64,000 nucleotides of DNA from a virus (Duplodnaviria; Caudoviricetes), in IMG/VR virus record IMGVR_UViG_3300033066_002242, positions 31,556 through 95,555 of that record; one strand, given 5' to 3'. The notes under the pieces are model-generated. The model did not search any database and had not been told where the DNA came from. It saw only the letters and a program-made list of their open reading frames with translations. Below, piece after piece: positions 18,941 through 28,357 of the stretch. Each line of letters opens with the position of its first letter. Position 1 is the stretch's first letter. The translations under genes were made by a program, and so were the position numbers.

Positions 18941-20890
18941 TCAAATACGGTTCTGCGACGGAATGCCATCGCTAATGTACGAGTTCACCATCTGTTCCAG
19001 CTTCAGCACGCTGTCACCGACCTGGTTATAGGTATTCCGCAGCGCCATCGTAACGCCAGATGTCTGGTCAGGGGCGATGGTGTCAGAGTGCAGGCGAAGC
19101 AGCAGCAAGGTGCGGCCGATGCGATCCACGCAGTCCTTCATCAGCGGCAGGTATCCGCCAATCGTGGAGTACATGGAAGGATCCTGCAGGAACTGGATCA
19201 TGATGGCGCCTTCCACGATATCCGGGTACTGGGTGTTGACGGCATCGTTAAGGGCGTTGAGGTTGAAGTTGGTCAACTCCTCCTGCGGAGGTACCTGGCC
19301 ATACTCCGGGATTTCACCCACCGGAGTAGCGCCCATGTCGACGGCCTTCTTCTGCATCATCACCGTGATCTTGCCCTTTTCCTTGGCGGACTTGATGAAG
19401 CCAAGGGAGGCTTGCTTGCCAAGGCCGTGGCCTACGATCAGCAGTTCCGCCAGTTCAGGCTCGGAGAGCTGCCGGCCGCCCATGCTAAAGAAGCCGTGGC
19501 CGTGGCTGGAAATATCCAGAGGGTCGCACAGCTCACCGCGAACACGAAGTTCCATGCGGTTACGGGCGGAGGACAGACTATGCTCCAGGGCTTCGTCTTC
19601 ACGGTGCCCGAGGACAATGGCGCTGCGGTGCGGGCTGGTCAGGATGCGTCCAGGCTCAGCGAAGTAATCGCCAGAGTAGCCAGTAGACACCGTGATCACT
19701 ACCTCCCCATTCTGCATCATGCTGGTGTAGTGACTGGAGCCGTAGGGCTGGCAGGCACGGATGATGATCATGGAGTCGGTATGGGTGACCAGACGCGCGG
19801 TGAACGGACCGAGAGCCCCTTTGTGGGTCAGCATGACGAAGGTATCGCCATTGCAGACGGACTGCATGTCGCGCACCTTGCCCTGGGCATACATCTCTTT
19901 GGCCACATCCGACAACTCGATCGGCTGGCTGTGCAGCACGACGTCCCCATCTGGGCACCAACCACCGTACTCGGTGATCAGCAAGTACTTGCCGTCATCT
20001 GCCTTTTCAGCCTTGCCGTCTCCGGTCATGAACCCGCCACGAAGGCTGGTCTTACGCATCGGCAGGTCGATGCCGTAAATGCGAGGGGCGCGCTTGAGGA
20101 TCATGGCGTTGACGGAGGAGCCGTCGAGACGCAGGGCGCGGTACGCCATGCCCTCTACTGCGCCGTCCACCTGGATCAGGCCTTCGTGCCCGCTGGCCAT
20201 TTCCACGGCAGGCCGTGGCTCCTGGATATCACCCTTGATGTGATAGCCGCAGTCCAGGATATCCTTGATGACGGATATCTCTGCCGGGTTGATGTCGTTG
20301 GCCGAGGTCAGGATTTGCACCCCAGGTTCCGAGACTTCCGTCATCAAGCGGTTGACGCGGGGCAGCGGACGGTCCAGGGCGCTGGTCAGGTCGATGACTT
20401 CGTTCATGCGCGCCGTGATGCCCTTGTTCTCCATCAGCGTGGCGCGGAAACGATCAAACAGGCCTTGAGGGACCTGGGCCAGGAAGTCTTCCAGACCGGC
20501 CGACGCATAGGCGTACTTGCCGGTGCGCGGCGGCACGATCATGTTATAGATGCTGGGGTTGACGTTGACGTACGACGGGATACGCTGAGGAGTCCCTATC
20601 CGCGTTCCCTGCATCGTGGTAATGACCTGGATGTAGGAAGGGGTCAACGGCTTGAATTTGTCCTCTGTGGTGTCGTAGACAGAGTCCAGCGGGAACACGA
20701 TATCGTCGCGCGCCACTACCGGAATCAGGAATGCCCCTGCCGGCAGCGCCAGTACGAATACTCCGACGAAGACATTCTTCACCTGGGTGAAGCCTTGGGA
20801 CAAGTCCTGAAACCGCAAGACGCCGCCCATCAGGGAGGGAGCCGTGATGCTCAGCTTGTTCATGGCCTCTTGCTGGAAGTCCTGGATCAT
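18941..20890 (-). CDS. Virion head protein of unknown function (649 aa)
   Basis: Long ORF with good codon bias between the RNAP beta' C-terminal gene and the head genes; KxA motifs near the C-terminus. Confidence 0.5.
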   Translation of the reverse strand: MIQDFQQEAMNKLSITAPSLMGGVLRFQDLSQGFTQVKNVFVGVFVLALPAGAFLIPVVARDDIVFPLDSVYDTTEDKFKPLTPSYIQVITTMQGTRIGTPQRIPSYVNVNPSIYNMIVPPRTGKYAYASAGLEDFLAQVPQGLFDRFRATLMENKGITARMNEVIDLTSALDRPLPRVNRLMTEVSEPGVQILTSANDINPAEISVIKDILDCGYHIKGDIQEPRPAVEMASGHEGLIQVDGAVEGMAYRALRLDGSSVNAMILKRAPRIYGIDLPMRKTSLRGGFMTGDGKAEKADDGKYLLITEYGGWCPDGDVVLHSQPIELSDVAKEMYAQGKVRDMQSVCNGDTFVMLTHKGALGPFTARLVTHTDSMIIIRACQPYGSSHYTSMMQNGEVVITVSTGYSGDYFAEPGRILTSPHRSAIVLGHREDEALEHSLSSARNRMELRVRGELCDPLDISSHGHGFFSMGGRQLSEPELAELLIVGHGLGKQASLGFIKSAKEKGKITVMMQKKAVDMGATPVGEIPEYGQVPPQEELTNFNLNALNDAVNTQYPDIVEGAIMIQFLQDPSMYSTIGGYLPLMKDCVDRIGRTLLLLRLHSDTIAPDQTSGVTMALRNTYNQVGDSVLKLEQMVNSYISDGIPSQNRI

Positions 20891-20892
20891 GG

Positions 20893-22722
20893 TCAGTACC
20901 TGCCGTTTTCGCCTTCACCGAAGGCCTTGCCGAGAATGTAGGGAGTAATAGGGTCAGTGGACCGAGTCGGAGACTCATGCGCCATGGCCGCTGCTTCTAT
21001 GATACTTGATTTTAGGTTAGACGACGCCAAACGGGATATCCAATTGGGGTCCAGCAGCTTGGATTGCTTCACGCCCGTGGCTATCGGGTCGACGATCATG
21101 CCGCTTTCGCTGATCGGAACCTCCGTAACACCTTTCTTATTCAGGTCCAGGATGTGGTACGCATCCAGCCGGGTGCCTGGCATGAGCTCCCCGATACGCC
21201 GGGACAGCACCTTACCGGCGGCGCGCTCGATGGGCACCATACGGTGGTCAGCATCCAGGATGTGCTGGATCTGGTTGACGTTGACCACGTCTCCCGGCAG
21301 GTAATCGCTGTCGCCGGGGTCGCGGATGGTCACGTACTTGGCCATGTTCTTGGCGATGACGTCGAAGTGCCGGGGGTCGTACCCTTGACCGTACACTTCC
21401 CGCATCTTCTCGGCCAGGTACTTGCGACCGGCGCCATGGCCGCGAAGCTCGACCAGGTGCTTGGGATTGGGGGTGCCTTCCGCCAGCTGCTGGCCAGCGT
21501 AGACCTCGTCTCCGTGCTTGACCAGGACGCCCTGGTGACGATCAACGAAGTGGCTGTGGTTGCCAATCCAGATATGAGAGTCGCCCAGGGCGGTCTTCTC
21601 GATCTTGGTGACCTTGCCTGGTACAGACGCCAAAGTGGCTTCATCCAGGAAGTTCTCCGGGATGGTCAGGATGTTACGGGCGGACTCCAAGGTGCCGGCC
21701 GTGCGCTTGACGCCGGAACCTGCCGTACCGCCTTGGTGCTTGGAGCCGATAACCGCCTGCGTCAGGCCTTCCGATATGGACTGGACACCGATGACGCCCA
21801 CGTTCTCGCCGATAGGAGGGAATTCTCCGCGGGAGTCATGGCCGTAGCACTTCTGACAAATGCCTTCCGGGGCCTCACAGGTCTGCGGGTTGCGCACGAC
21901 GACCATCTTCTTGCCGCTGTCCACCGCGTCCTTGTACTTGGCGTCGGTAAACACGGAGTCCGTGCCTGCTTCCACCATGCCGATGATCCGCTTCTTGTCA
22001 GAGATGGGGACATCGATGCCGTGGTGGGTCTTGCAGTCGTGGATCGTGATCACCTCATGAAATGCCGCCGGGATGATCTTCTTGAACAGCGCCCCTGGCT
22101 CCGAGGTGGCCATCTGTGTCTTGATGGTCGCCGCCCGGCCGCCGTAGGACATGGCCATGTGCTCTGCCGGGGATAGGCCCTCGGCAAAGGAGTGGCGAAT
22201 CGGCAGAGGGATGGGAGTGCCCTCAATGTCGATCGACATCATGGGGCTGAACGTACCCTGACCGAGTTGCATGGGGTTGCCGCGCGCGCCGGTCATCGCC
22301 ATAAGTCCCGCAGTGGACCCCTTGCCAACCATGTGCTTGAGGTTGATCTTCTGGGAGGTCGACACGTAGGAGGAGGCCACGTCTTCCACCATGGCGTTCC
22401 GCTGCGACTTGGAAAGCTTGGGGTTGTTGGAGACCTCATTGATCTTGTCCGCGAACTCTGCCAGCAGCACATGGCGTTCAGGAGAGTCGTTCTCGTAGTC
22501 CGTCAGCGGCGTGGAGAACCCGTTAACCGTGGCGGTGTGGAAGAACAAGTTGGACAACGCCTGGATGGACTCGTGCGCCTTGTCGCCGCCGTGCTTGATG
22601 CACAGGGACATGAGGTGCGCTACGCCAGGCTTGTCCAGCAGCATATTCGGGTCGTAGTACTTCTGCGCCTCTTCGGGCAACAGGCTTTTGACCAACAAGC
22701 TACCGGCAGTGGACATGTACAC
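20893..22722 (-). CDS. DNA-directed RNA polymerase beta' subunit, C-terminal half
   Basis: TGARGN, bridge helix EGLSPAEH..GGRAATIKT..TSEPG, Zn site DC...TCEAPEGICQKCYG and trigger loop GENVGVIGVQSISEGLTQ...H are all collinear with bacterial RpoC. Confidence 0.9.
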   Translation of the reverse strand: MYMSTAGSLLVKSLLPEEAQKYYDPNMLLDKPGVAHLMSLCIKHGGDKAHESIQALSNLFFHTATVNGFSTPLTDYENDSPERHVLLAEFADKINEVSNNPKLSKSQRNAMVEDVASSYVSTSQKINLKHMVGKGSTAGLMAMTGARGNPMQLGQGTFSPMMSIDIEGTPIPLPIRHSFAEGLSPAEHMAMSYGGRAATIKTQMATSEPGALFKKIIPAAFHEVITIHDCKTHHGIDVPISDKKRIIGMVEAGTDSVFTDAKYKDAVDSGKKMVVVRNPQTCEAPEGICQKCYGHDSRGEFPPIGENVGVIGVQSISEGLTQAVIGSKHQGGTAGSGVKRTAGTLESARNILTIPENFLDEATLASVPGKVTKIEKTALGDSHIWIGNHSHFVDRHQGVLVKHGDEVYAGQQLAEGTPNPKHLVELRGHGAGRKYLAEKMREVYGQGYDPRHFDVIAKNMAKYVTIRDPGDSDYLPGDVVNVNQIQHILDADHRMVPIERAAGKVLSRRIGELMPGTRLDAYHILDLNKKGVTEVPISESGMIVDPIATGVKQSKLLDPNWISRLASSNLKSSIIEAAAMAHESPTRSTDPITPYILGKAFGEGENGRY

Positions 22723-22725
22723 CTC

Positions 22726-23274
22726 TCAGCGCAGGAAGCCGCGGGAGAAGATGCCCTTGGCGCTTCCCAGGAAGTCACGGCCGCTCTGGGCGGTCTCCTG
22801 GAGGACCTGTTTCAGTCCTTCCGCGGTCTGGATGTGAGCGTGCAACGGGTCGGCCGGGTTGCTGCGAATCTGGTTCAGACGGTTGATCAAGGCATACTCG
22901 TGCTTGGGTGTCAGGCGCAGCGCTTTGGATGCTGCAACCGGATCGCCGTGAACCAAGTGGTGCAGTGCGCCGCCCACATCGGCACGGCTGTAGCCACCGT
23001 AGAACATACCCGCCGTGTCGAGGGCGTTCTCCACGCTCTTCATGGCGCCCAGACCCTTGTTGGCCACGTCGGATACCGCGGTGTGGGCGCTTTGCAAGCC
23101 AGCCAAGGTTTTTTCAGCCAAGGTAGGGGCAGGGATGGCAGACAGCTTGTACTTGTCCAGCGCACCGGCAGCCAGCATGCCGCCTCCTACGGCTCCCGTG
23201 GCTCCTATGGCTACGTTCCGGGCAGTGTTGTCGGCTGCGATCTTGCGCATACCGCTTTCGTAGATGTTGTCCAT
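22726..23274 (-). CDS. Putative cargo protein with KxA leader
   Basis: Starts MDNIYESGMRKIA, followed by VAIGATGAVGGGMLAAGA. Confidence 0.5.
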   Translation of the reverse strand: MDNIYESGMRKIAADNTARNVAIGATGAVGGGMLAAGALDKYKLSAIPAPTLAEKTLAGLQSAHTAVSDVANKGLGAMKSVENALDTAGMFYGGYSRADVGGALHHLVHGDPVAASKALRLTPKHEYALINRLNQIRSNPADPLHAHIQTAEGLKQVLQETAQSGRDFLGSAKGIFSRGFLR

Positions 23275-23301
23275 CGCTATGCTCTCAAGAGTAGGTGGTA
23301 T

Positions 23302-23811
23302 TCAAGGAGTGTACCGCAAACCGTGGCTGGCCAGTACCGGATACGGGAACTTCCAGAGGTCCGGAGGGGTGACCCGATGCTTATAGTAATCACGGAACAG
23401 CTTGGGGCCACCATGCTCCAGGCTCCAGGCGGTGTGCTCACTGCACCACCAATCTGAGGTGTCCTGCCAATCCCTGTGCAAGCTGACTCCGAACACTCCC
23501 TGCAGGTCATACTTCTTGCCTTCTTGGGATACTGCCGCTTCCTTGACAATCTCGGCGCTATACACCGGAAAGGCAACAATGGCCCAAGCGTTGCTGCGGG
23601 CCAGCAGCTCTGACAGCGGACTCTTGTGGACACCTTTCATCAAGGTGGCCTCTATGACCGTGTCCTCATCGAGCATCAGCGCCGTGTGGCTGCACCACCC
23701 CCAGGTGGCCGCCTTGATGGCCGTGGAGAAGGGGCCGCGTGTGTCCGCGAATACTACGTTGACGGTCTCCAGCGGCGGGAGAAGAAGCTTCAAGTCAGAT
23801 GTGGAAAACAT
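23302..23811 (-). CDS. Permuted papain-like (YiiX/YebB, NlpC/P60-related) cysteine hydrolase
   Basis: WCSHTAL (His), IEA, GKKYD, WWCSE (Cys), VTP in the permuted order. Confidence 0.8.
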   Translation of the reverse strand: MFSTSDLKLLLPPLETVNVVFADTRGPFSTAIKAATWGWCSHTALMLDEDTVIEATLMKGVHKSPLSELLARSNAWAIVAFPVYSAEIVKEAAVSQEGKKYDLQGVFGVSLHRDWQDTSDWWCSEHTAWSLEHGGPKLFRDYYKHRVTPPDLWKFPYPVLASHGLRYTP

Positions 23812-23835
23812 AGGTGTCTCCTACTGCGTAATTGG

Positions 23836-24429
23836 CTACTCTCCGAAAATAGGAGGCCACCCGGTGGTGAAATCGTAGGCTGCTGGATCATAAGATGCCT
23901 CCATCAACACCCGGTGTTCTTCTGCCGTATCAAAGTTGGCCGACCGGCGGGCCATAGCGGATCCAAAGATCTGCTGAACCAAGGTGGGGGTCAACGTAAC
24001 CTTGGAGCCGTCCATCAGCTTCCATTTCTTCCCTACAGGTAGTGCTCCCATCATGGTCGCGGAAGTCAGCCCCAGCTGATCAATCTTGGAAGGGGCATCC
24101 GAGTGAAACCAGTAAGGGCCTACCGGGAATCCTCCGTTGTTACGGACGTCATCCCGGTAGGCTTTGATCTCAGCCCACTTGGTCGCCCGCAGTTGAGCCA
24201 GAAGTTCCTGATTCGGCACCCATCGGCCCTCCACCAAGTGGTACGTCCAGTGAGGTTGACGGTCAGGCGTATACTGCAGGGTGACGCCGTCCTCCAGCAG
24301 TCGGTAGTTATAGGGTTGGAACTTGATATCTTCAAGTTCAGGGTGGGACGATACGTCCAGCAGACCCTCTGAGGGAAAGGCGTAGACATGGTTTCCCTGC
24401 GTCCCCTGAAACCCAAGATAGGCTGACAT
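23836..24429 (-). CDS. DUF4376-like tail fibre assembly/accessory protein
   Basis: KWAEIKAYRD..GGF..WFHSD..S..WKLMDGS..L..GWP pattern. Confidence 0.7.
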   Translation of the reverse strand: MSAYLGFQGTQGNHVYAFPSEGLLDVSSHPELEDIKFQPYNYRLLEDGVTLQYTPDRQPHWTYHLVEGRWVPNQELLAQLRATKWAEIKAYRDDVRNNGGFPVGPYWFHSDAPSKIDQLGLTSATMMGALPVGKKWKLMDGSKVTLTPTLVQQIFGSAMARRSANFDTAEEHRVLMEASYDPAAYDFTTGWPPIFGE

Positions 24430-24432
24430 GCC

Positions 24433-25854
24433 TTACTCCCAGCTGGCGTCGACGAAAACTCCGCCCCGAATGGTGGGGTAGGTAGCGGCTGCGCCAGCTG
24501 GAATACGTAGGATAATGTGGAAGTATTCCATCGGATGCACGGGCAGGGGCTGATCAAAGGTCTGGGAAATCCTACGAAGTTCCGCACCGACTACTGCCGT
24601 TGTTGGTACTGATTGAATACCGAGAAAACCACGGCGGGCTACCTTACCCGTCCCTGCCTCGATTGTAGCCAGAGATACTGCAGTACACCCCACTGCAAAT
24701 CCCCAGTGCAAAACGGTGGCTACCGTGGGGATCCCTGCAGCTACTGAGACAAACGCATCAATCGATATCCCCCGAACAATAAGCGTCCGGCCCATGTTAG
24801 TCAGGGAGGGAGTGGGTACTTGATATGCGAAGAGTGCGTAGTCTGTTTCCGCTGCTGCCAAGCCCACAAACAGGAAATTACCGCCCAGAGTAGTATACCC
24901 CGCCGCAGTATTGCTGAGGGACGCTGTAGCTGGGACTGCACTGTTTGCCCAGTTAGCTGTCATGCCCCCGGACCCGACACCTATGACATGTTGAATCCCG
25001 ACATCCCCCTGCAGGGCTGCGATATGCCGGACGTCTGAGTTGCGGTGGGCGCCCATCGTGGCCGATGTATACTTGGCTACGTACACCTTCTGTGCAGTAC
25101 TCAGCAGTGCGGTATTGTAAATGCGGAAAGCTATGGGAAAACTTTCCGAGGCGGCGGGACCGCTGGCATCGACAGGTGTAGCCAGTGAGGCAACAGGAAT
25201 CTCGTCAATGAAGAAGGTAATAGCGCCTCTCCCGACCACGATGACGTAGTCATGGAAGTCCTGAGGCGTACTCATGGGGATTACTGAAGTGACATTTTCA
25301 GCACCACCTTGGCTAATACTTACTCCACGCAGGGCACCGTCCGTACCGTACCGGAAGAACACACCCATGGTCGGTGCTGCTACAGCAGCTGATAGGAAAG
25401 CCCCTAGCTCCACCACGTTGTTAGTAATAGGAGCCTGATCCAGCTTGGCCCGAATGCCAAATATACGGTCGCACCCCTTCTCGACCTTAAAGTACCGGCT
25501 TGTACGGCACACAAGGTACGAACCGGAAGTCGTGTTACCCGCCCCATTCATAACCATGATATTAGCTGCTACGGTTTGGGCTGCCATGCCAGATGACATG
25601 TATCCCAAGTCGGAGGAACATGTCGAAGACGCCGCAAAGTTCTTGTCGAAGTCAATTACGACATTAGCCATACCCAGCAACCCTTGGCTGGAACCTGTAA
25701 TACTCCCAGTATTAGATGGGCTGCTGAGATCCGACTTTCCCACCAGGAACATGGCGCCGGCGTTGGTGCCGTCTGTGGGCGGCTGGACCTTCAACCGACC
25801 ATTGGCATCGACATCTGCAATATGCGTTCCACCAGCATCCGTAAGAAGAGCCAT
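24433..25854 (-). CDS. Tail fibre/appendage protein with lectin-like beta-sandwich
   Basis: Beta-rich; FHDYVIVV..ITFFID ConA-like strand pattern; more A/T-ending codons than its neighbours. Confidence 0.5.
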   Translation of the reverse strand: MALLTDAGGTHIADVDANGRLKVQPPTDGTNAGAMFLVGKSDLSSPSNTGSITGSSQGLLGMANVVIDFDKNFAASSTCSSDLGYMSSGMAAQTVAANIMVMNGAGNTTSGSYLVCRTSRYFKVEKGCDRIFGIRAKLDQAPITNNVVELGAFLSAAVAAPTMGVFFRYGTDGALRGVSISQGGAENVTSVIPMSTPQDFHDYVIVVGRGAITFFIDEIPVASLATPVDASGPAASESFPIAFRIYNTALLSTAQKVYVAKYTSATMGAHRNSDVRHIAALQGDVGIQHVIGVGSGGMTANWANSAVPATASLSNTAAGYTTLGGNFLFVGLAAAETDYALFAYQVPTPSLTNMGRTLIVRGISIDAFVSVAAGIPTVATVLHWGFAVGCTAVSLATIEAGTGKVARRGFLGIQSVPTTAVVGAELRRISQTFDQPLPVHPMEYFHIILRIPAGAAATYPTIRGGVFVDASWE

Positions 25855-25857
25855 GAT

Positions 25858-26187
25858 TTACCCCAGGGTGTAAGCGACCCGGAACTTACCGGATACAAAG
25901 TTAGGAAAAGCTGTAACGTAGAGGGTGAACTCCCCCGAACCAGGAGCAGCGCGGCATAGGAGAGTGTCCATTTCATTCTCATCCTGAGCACGACCCGTAG
26001 CTGCCTTTGCACTGTGCCCTACCAGGATGATAGAGGCGCCAGTAACGTCGACGTCTGTGATCGTGAAGGTCTTCTGCCGGGTTGCAGAGGCTCCAAAGTC
26101 AATCTCGACTTCTTTTACAGAGCCTCCTCCGACTTCAACCTCGACCAAAGACCCTGATACGGGATTCCGGCTAATGGCCTTGGTCAC
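25858..26187 (-). CDS. Small beta-rich virion appendage protein
   Basis: GTG start after GGAGAG; lies within the fibre block. Confidence 0.45.
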   Translation of the reverse strand: MTKAISRNPVSGSLVEVEVGGGSVKEVEIDFGASATRQKTFTITDVDVTGASIILVGHSAKAATGRAQDENEMDTLLCRAAPGSGEFTLYVTAFPNFVSGKFRVAYTLG

Positions 26188-26199
26188 TGGGTCTCTCCG

Positions 26200-26709
26200 T
26201 TACGCCAGCAGAATGCTGTCATCCGCTTCAAAGGACAGGGATGTAGCAGTGATAGCGCGGCCAATGAACTGGTGACGCTTGCCCGTACCGGTGACAGGAG
26301 TGGCCGTGATACCGCCAGGGGCGCTGGCAGACAGGAAGTACCTGGAATCCGGGGTCAAACCTGCCAAAGCTGTGCAGCGACCTTCGAAGTACACCAGCGC
26401 AGGCTGCCCTGACGACACGCTGTCCTGCACGAAGCCCACGGCGTCGTGGCCGGCAGCAGCAGCACTGGCCTTGGATACTTCCCCGGTAGCTCCGATATAC
26501 ACCATGTCTCCGGCAGTCAGTGCTTCCGAAGCGTTGCCGGTGTAGGTATCGGGGCCAACACCAGTAGGCATGACCGTCAGGTTCAGCTTGCCGTCCGTGT
26601 CCAGGGCAACGATTTTACCGGCATCACCGGCGCCTGCGCTGGATACTTGTCCAACGACTTCTTTAACGACGCCCGTGGCAGAGTCACGAGCAATATACTT
26701 GTCAACCAT
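26200..26709 (-). CDS. Head fibre/cement-like (beta-clip) protein
   Basis: ASEALTAGDMVYI..KASA..AVGFV..G..YFLS..G pattern. Confidence 0.55.
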   Translation of the reverse strand: MVDKYIARDSATGVVKEVVGQVSSAGAGDAGKIVALDTDGKLNLTVMPTGVGPDTYTGNASEALTAGDMVYIGATGEVSKASAAAAGHDAVGFVQDSVSSGQPALVYFEGRCTALAGLTPDSRYFLSASAPGGITATPVTGTGKRHQFIGRAITATSLSFEADDSILLA

Positions 26710-26718
26710 GATGATTCC

Positions 26719-27336
26719 TCACGCGAGATATATGGGCAGGGAGATGTCTACGTGGATTTTAGCCGAAAGAGACACCTTACCCAGAGTTTGTTGAAACACG
26801 GCAGGCACAGGCGATGCTTCCACCTGGCCTGCCCCTAAAAACAACGTAGTACCGATAGGCAGTACGATGCCCGGCAGGTATGCCATGCCGGACGTGACCA
26901 CCTTGATGTTCTCCCCGATCAGCGCCGAAGTCACTGCCAGCCCCACGGCTTCCCGCCCCGCCGCACTGCTATCCGCCAGGATAAAGGCCCCCAGAACGTT
27001 GCGGGCCACTGGCTGACCAGCGGTTATGTTCTGCGCCGCCGGACCCTCCGTCGTGATGTTGTCCCGGTTCTCGACGACGGTGCGGATGCCGATGTCCAAA
27101 GGGGCCGGCGTCGTCCACCCAAAACCGTGTTTTACCGAGTAAAACAGGGGGGAGACGACATTCACCCAGTACTCTAATACGCCTTCATCATCCGTGGCGG
27201 TCGGCGAAGGCAGAGGGTCGCCGTGCTCGTCGAAGACCAGGCCAGGAGTCGTACCGTCGGGAAGCAGAATGACCACGTCGCTGTTACGTGCCAACCAGCC
27301 GTTGGCGTGGCGCAGCTGCTGACTGAATCGGTACAT
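26719..27336 (-). CDS. Fibre-related protein with C-terminal beta-clip (paralogous to 26200-26709)
   Basis: AAQNITAGQPV..LADS..AVGLA..G pattern. Confidence 0.5.
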   Translation of the reverse strand: MYRFSQQLRHANGWLARNSDVVILLPDGTTPGLVFDEHGDPLPSPTATDDEGVLEYWVNVVSPLFYSVKHGFGWTTPAPLDIGIRTVVENRDNITTEGPAAQNITAGQPVARNVLGAFILADSSAAGREAVGLAVTSALIGENIKVVTSGMAYLPGIVLPIGTTLFLGAGQVEASPVPAVFQQTLGKVSLSAKIHVDISLPIYLA

Positions 27337-27339
27337 GGC

Positions 27340-27465
27340 CTACCTCGGGAATACTTGCCCTATAACAGGCCAGTTTACATTCAAACTGAGGGTAGTGATA
27401 TCCACCCAGTTCATTCTATAGCTGAGGGGCGCAATAGGCCCTGTGTCGTACTGTACCCACACCAT
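27340..27465 (-). CDS. 41-aa small ORF (MVWVQYDTG...GQVFPR)
   Basis: Fills the gap between its neighbours; GAGGTGAG RBS; below the ORF-track cutoff. Confidence 0.5.
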   Translation of the reverse strand: MVWVQYDTGPIAPLSYRMNWVDITTLSLNVNWPVIGQVFPR

Positions 27466-27472
27466 ACTCACC

Positions 27473-28351
27473 TCACATCCAGATCATAGCCATTGACGAA
27501 TAAGTCTGGGCTGCGGAGTCGCATCGCGTCACGCCGATGCCCAGGCCGAGGTAGTCATTTCCGGAAAACATAGCAGTGACAACCTGGCCAACCCCAAGAT
27601 TTGCCTGCGCAACGCCAACCGCGCATTTTGGAATCCACGAAACTCCGTCCGGGTTTATGACTGTCCCTGTGAAAAAAGGGCTGTTTGTCCCGAACGCAAC
27701 TGAGACGTTTGATGACAAGTTAAATGGAATAAAAAACATTCCGTTTGGCAGCGTTGTCAGTGTCGCATTCGTGTAGCTAGCAACTTTGCAGACAGACGGG
27801 TTTGCGGCAATTGGGTTGTACTGCACTACAAAACCAGCGCCTGTTGCATTCCCCGCACCATCTCGTGATCGCTCAACAACCAGTACAGACGCCTTGCTGT
27901 ATGAGTCCGCCGAGGCAGGTGCAAGAGCTAAGCATATCGCAGAGTTATCCGGACCAGAGGACGCATAGCTTGTTGTAGTTGTGGCTATCGTATTGCTCCA
28001 CGCGACGATAGCCGTTCGTGGAAATATTACTCCACCTACGTTGCCGCTGCCGTCTACGGTTTTACCTACCGTCAGGTACATCCCCGGATAAGATGCTGAA
28101 CCACTCGCGCCGTATTCAAATTTAAGGAACAGTGGATACGTTGCGTGCAGAGCGTCAGTAAATCGGTAGACCTCAAACCCCATTGCCACTGATGCTCCAA
28201 TCGGTCTTAGTACTGTTGACCAGTTAATCTCACCGGACTGGGTAACTTTTGTCATCAGGGCGGAAAACACCCCAGAAATCGTGCTGCCCCACGCACGAAA
28301 CTCGGCATCAGTTGTCGATGACAGGACTGCCGAAAAAGTTTGCTTGGCCAT
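27473..28351 (-). CDS. Ser/Thr/Gly-rich virion structural protein
   Basis: Beta-rich composition, lower GC, within the fibre block. Confidence 0.45.
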   Translation of the reverse strand: MAKQTFSAVLSSTTDAEFRAWGSTISGVFSALMTKVTQSGEINWSTVLRPIGASVAMGFEVYRFTDALHATYPLFLKFEYGASGSASYPGMYLTVGKTVDGSGNVGGVIFPRTAIVAWSNTIATTTTSYASSGPDNSAICLALAPASADSYSKASVLVVERSRDGAGNATGAGFVVQYNPIAANPSVCKVASYTNATLTTLPNGMFFIPFNLSSNVSVAFGTNSPFFTGTVINPDGVSWIPKCAVGVAQANLGVGQVVTAMFSGNDYLGLGIGVTRCDSAAQTYSSMAMIWM

Positions 28352-28357
28352 GGAAGG

